From positions 2,432,001 to 2,496,000 of the forward strand of contig OY969724.1 in assembly GCA_963702205.1 (NCBI GenBank): DNA of 64,000 nt. The letters are read 5' to 3'. The notes beneath the pieces were generated by a model. That model ran no database searches and was not told the DNA's origin. It was given only the letters and a program-made list of their open reading frames with translations. Position numbers and translations under genes: made by a program. The DNA comes from an uncultured candidate division Zixibacteria bacterium (GTDB taxonomy: Bacteria; Zixibacteria; MSB-5A5; GN15; PGXB01). Shown here one piece after another: positions 61,230 to 64,000 of the stretch (position 1 is the first letter of the stretch; the number at the start of each line of letters is the position of its first letter).

Positions 61230-61296
61230 AGCAGTACGCACATAATACGTATTTTTGTTGCCTTGCGCTTGGAATGATATTCTGCTATTTTGTTGG

Positions 61297-61358
61297 CGCA
61301 GATGGATCTACTCTCTTGATGCCGGGGTGTTGCAGTCGTAATACCCTGGCTCTTTTTG
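61297..61358 (+). ncRNA. Candidate small RNA / terminator unit
   Basis: TTGCGC-N17-TATTTT with extended TG (61263-61291); 13-bp stem 61321-61350 plus T tail. Confidence 0.4.
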
Positions 61359-61360
61359 TA

Positions 61361-62056
61361 TCAGTATTTGACTATTTTTATCGGGACGGTTAACCGAATG
61401 GTTTCCTTGTCCTTATATAAGACGGTAAAGTTATTATAAAAGGTTCCGGGGGGGATGTTGGCCGAAGGCGTGACGGTTATTTCCACCGAGTCTCTGGCAC
61501 CGATATCCCCGGCGGTTTTATCGACCGTGAAATGCATAAGATTCTGGTATTCGATGTCGTAGCTTATGTTATCATCGGACAGGTTCAGCAGGTACATTTT
61601 CTTCAGTTTTTTTGAGGGGAGAATTATCAGTGAAATGGGATTGGTTTTAAAATATCTCGGGAGCAGACCCAGTTCGGCGGTGTAGGAAAGATCATATTCG
61701 GGATTTACAGGGTCATTGCTGTGAATCGTAAGGGTCCGGGTAGTTCGGCCATAGTAATTTTTCGTATGAAACACCATCGTAAGCTCGGTGGAATCCCCCG
61801 GTTGAATTTCTTTGGAATCCAACTCCGAGGTCGTGCAATCGCAGTTTTGAACAACATTGTCGATTTTTAAGACGTCGTCCCCGGTGTTTTTGACATAAAA
61901 AGTATGAGAAACCCGGTAATCAATCGGGACAAATCCGAAATCATAAGAATCGTCCGCTACCGATATACTGGGATGCCTGGCCGTTTCGGCCCAACCGGAA
62001 ACACTAATCGCAGAAACCAGCGCTGTAATGAACAATACCTTTATAAGTTTATTCAA
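61361..62056 (-). CDS. DUF1573 Ig-like secreted protein
   Basis: YDFG, KNTG…L.I, NCDCT, IQPGDS, SNDP. Confidence 0.85.
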   Translation of the reverse strand: MNKLIKVLFITALVSAISVSGWAETARHPSISVADDSYDFGFVPIDYRVSHTFYVKNTGDDVLKIDNVVQNCDCTTSELDSKEIQPGDSTELTMVFHTKNYYGRTTRTLTIHSNDPVNPEYDLSYTAELGLLPRYFKTNPISLIILPSKKLKKMYLLNLSDDNISYDIEYQNLMHFTVDKTAGDIGARDSVEITVTPSANIPPGTFYNNFTVLYKDKETIRLTVPIKIVKY

Positions 62057-62057
62057 C

Positions 62058-63065
62058 TTACTTAACCTCCAATTTTTCTTCTGAAGTCAGCCCCACGGCA
62101 AAGCCGTTTTGTGTCATCCAATTGTCATTATAGCATTTCGTAAGGTATTTCGTTCCCGGGTCGGGAATAATAACCACCATCAGGTCTTTATCACTCATTT
62201 TCCGGGCCGCCTGTCGGGCCGCCCAGACGGCTGCTCCCGACGAGCCGCCGACCATGAGGCCTTCCTCGCGGGCCATTTCGCGGGCGGTGTTGAAGGCGAT
62301 TTCATCGGACACGGTAATCAATTCATCTATCATGTCGACAAGCAGCGCTTTGGTGGGGACGTCGGACCCGATCCCTTCCATTTTGTAAGGCCTGGCCTCG
62401 ATTTCCTGGCCCGAGCGATAGAATTCGGCGAAAATCGAACCTTCCGGGTCGACCGCGATAGTTTTAAGAGCGGGTTTTTTTTCTTTAAGGAATTTGGCCG
62501 CACCGGACAGGGTCCCGCCGGTACCGATACCGGCGACGAGATGAGTTATCCGCCCCTCGGTCTGCTTCCAGATTTCCGGCCCCGTGGTCAGGTAATGCGC
62601 TTCAATGTTGTCGGTACTGTGATACTGGTTCATGTGAAAATAACCGTGCTCTTTGGCCATCAAAAGGGCTTTCATGTACGGCCCTTCGGGGTCATCGTGG
62701 GGAAGATCGTTGGGGGTCCTGATTACGGTTGCACCAAAGGCTCGAATCTGATCGACTTTCTCCTGACTGGTTTTTTCCGGGGTGGTTAAAATGGCCTTGA
62801 CCCCCAGCATCGAAGCCACCAGGGCCAGGGCGATCCCGGCATTGCCGGAGGTGTTGTCTATAACGGTTCCGCCGGGTTTCAGCCTGCCATCTCTCAGCGC
62901 CTTGCCAATGACGTGATAGGCCATGCGGTCCTTGACAGAGCCGCCGGGATTTTGATATTCGAGCTTCCCGAGCATAAGCGGCCCCTGTCCCGGAATGAGG
63001 CCATTGTTAATTTTAACTAAAGGGGTATTGCCAATCAGTTCCAGGACATTATCGAAATATTTCAT
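62058..63065 (-). CDS. PLP-dependent cysteine synthase / cystathionine beta-synthase family
   Basis: IGNTPLV, NPGGSVKDR, TSGN, GIGTGGT, GGSSG. Confidence 0.93.
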   Translation of the reverse strand: MKYFDNVLELIGNTPLVKINNGLIPGQGPLMLGKLEYQNPGGSVKDRMAYHVIGKALRDGRLKPGGTVIDNTSGNAGIALALVASMLGVKAILTTPEKTSQEKVDQIRAFGATVIRTPNDLPHDDPEGPYMKALLMAKEHGYFHMNQYHSTDNIEAHYLTTGPEIWKQTEGRITHLVAGIGTGGTLSGAAKFLKEKKPALKTIAVDPEGSIFAEFYRSGQEIEARPYKMEGIGSDVPTKALLVDMIDELITVSDEIAFNTAREMAREEGLMVGGSSGAAVWAARQAARKMSDKDLMVVIIPDPGTKYLTKCYNDNWMTQNGFAVGLTSEEKLEVK

Positions 63066-63227
63066 ACCAGCTCCATAAATTTTATATAATTAAAGTCGAT
63101 TAATGTTTCATACGCAATGCTTTAATTGAGGGAATAGTGTGTTTTGCGCAAATTTTTCTTTTTAAGTTGACATCCTATACTTTTGAAGTAAATATTTTAA
63201 AAAATATAATACGAAAGGTATGATTAA

Positions 63228-63713
63228 ATGAGGCTTTTAAAATTTATTCTGATGGTTTCGCTGGTTTCGGCTTTCGGGTTCGGATGCAGCAAAGATAAGG
63301 ATAAAGTCTCGGAGCTTGAAAAGGAAGTTATACAGGATCAGAGTCAGGCCGCCGAGACGGAGACTCCAGCCACGCAGGATACATCGGCAGAAGCGGCCCA
63401 GCCGGCGGAAGAACATGCCATGACGCCGGAAGCGGCGCCAACCGAAGAACCCAGGAAAGAATACAATCAGCCGACTGGCGAGGGATTTACGGTACAGGTT
63501 GCGGCCGGGACGAATTACGATTATGCCCATGAGCTGGCCGACAAATTTGTCGACCGCGGCTATGATGCCTACGTAACTCAGGCGACCGTCAACGGTGAGG
63601 ACTTTTACCGGATCAGAATCGGCAATTACCCCACGCTGACCGAAGCCAAAAGTGCCGGAAGTGAGTTACAGGATAAATATTCGGTAGACTACTGGGTTGA
63701 TAACAGTCAGTAA
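63228..63713 (+). CDS. SPOR-domain lipoprotein
   Basis: FGFGC lipobox; FTVQVAA…YRIRIG SPOR motif. Confidence 0.9.
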   Translation: MRLLKFILMVSLVSAFGFGCSKDKDKVSELEKEVIQDQSQAAETETPATQDTSAEAAQPAEEHAMTPEAAPTEEPRKEYNQPTGEGFTVQVAAGTNYDYAHELADKFVDRGYDAYVTQATVNGEDFYRIRIGNYPTLTEAKSAGSELQDKYSVDYWVDNSQ

Positions 63714-63730
63714 ATCTTCTGAAATTATCT

Positions 63731-63765
63731 CATAAAAAACCCCCGGTATTAGGGGGTTTTTTATG
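63731..63765. terminator. Bidirectional intrinsic terminator
   Basis: CATAAAAAACCCCC/GGGGGTTTTTTATG between convergent genes. Confidence 0.9.
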
Positions 63766-63775
63766 TATTGAACCG

Positions 63776-64000
63776 TTATTTTTGCTTCAAATACTCGTTG
63801 AAAAACTGAACCATCCTGCAATAGGTCACCACGACATTTGAAGTCTTCGATGATCCGTGGCCTTCATCTCCGAAAATCAAAGTATCGACTACGCCGCCAT
63901 TGTATTTGACGGCGTTGTATATCTGCATGGCTTCTTCATACGGGACACGCGGGTCGTTTCTGCCGTGGATAACCAGCAGGGGCGTCTTGATCTTGTCAGC
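63776..64000 (-). CDS. S9 prolyl-oligopeptidase family, C-terminal fragment
   Basis: My translation: IKTPLLVIHGRNDPRVP…DEGHG…; not in the ORF track because the start lies outside the window. Confidence 0.92.
   Translation of the reverse strand, partial: ADKIKTPLLVIHGRNDPRVPYEEAMQIYNAVKYNGGVVDTLIFGDEGHGSSKTSNVVVTYCRMVQFFNEYLKQK

Overview
Bacterial chromosomal window of roughly balanced GC. It looks FCB-group/Zixibacteria-like; this is an inference from the dockerin-tailed and 'NYPNPFNP' T9SS/FlgD-tailed secreted proteins. Gene order: dnaK(3' part)-dnaJ-prmA-rsmE-prepilin peptidase-sensor kinase-efp-RNase HIII; a REP-like repeat cluster; a lipoprotein; a multi-GAF membrane protein; FMN riboswitch-ribDE(BA)H-nusB; an ~11.5 kb glycosylation locus led by a DUF2723/TMEM260-like GT-C enzyme; rhodanese-MauE/DoxX; an MSHA-like type IV pilus operon (- strand); an Omp85-family protein; two secreted metalloproteases; a zinc-ribbon protein; a large lipoprotein plus beta-barrel pair; a WYL plus degenerate-WYL pair; QueT-GlmU-like-galT-glgA-GT-C; tRNA-Gly/tRNA-Cys-ferredoxin-archease-rtcB; a multi-PAS LuxR regulator; DUF1573, cysteine synthase, a SPOR lipoprotein and the 3' end of an S9 peptidase. 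No CRISPR array, transposase or prophage was seen. The most notable signals are non-coding. (1) Sigma28-type promoters precede the major pilin, prepilin peptidase and kinase. (2) Sigma54 plus IHF-like promoters with shared architecture precede four surface/secreted loci. (3) A PafBC-like promoter motif lies between the two WYL-type genes. (4) Several candidate small structured RNAs occur, two of them flanking the PAS-LuxR gene. (5) All four apparent +1 frameshifts sit directly 5' of GTAC, suggesting a modified DNA motif causing basecalling errors. All calls are by eye; no database searches were run.
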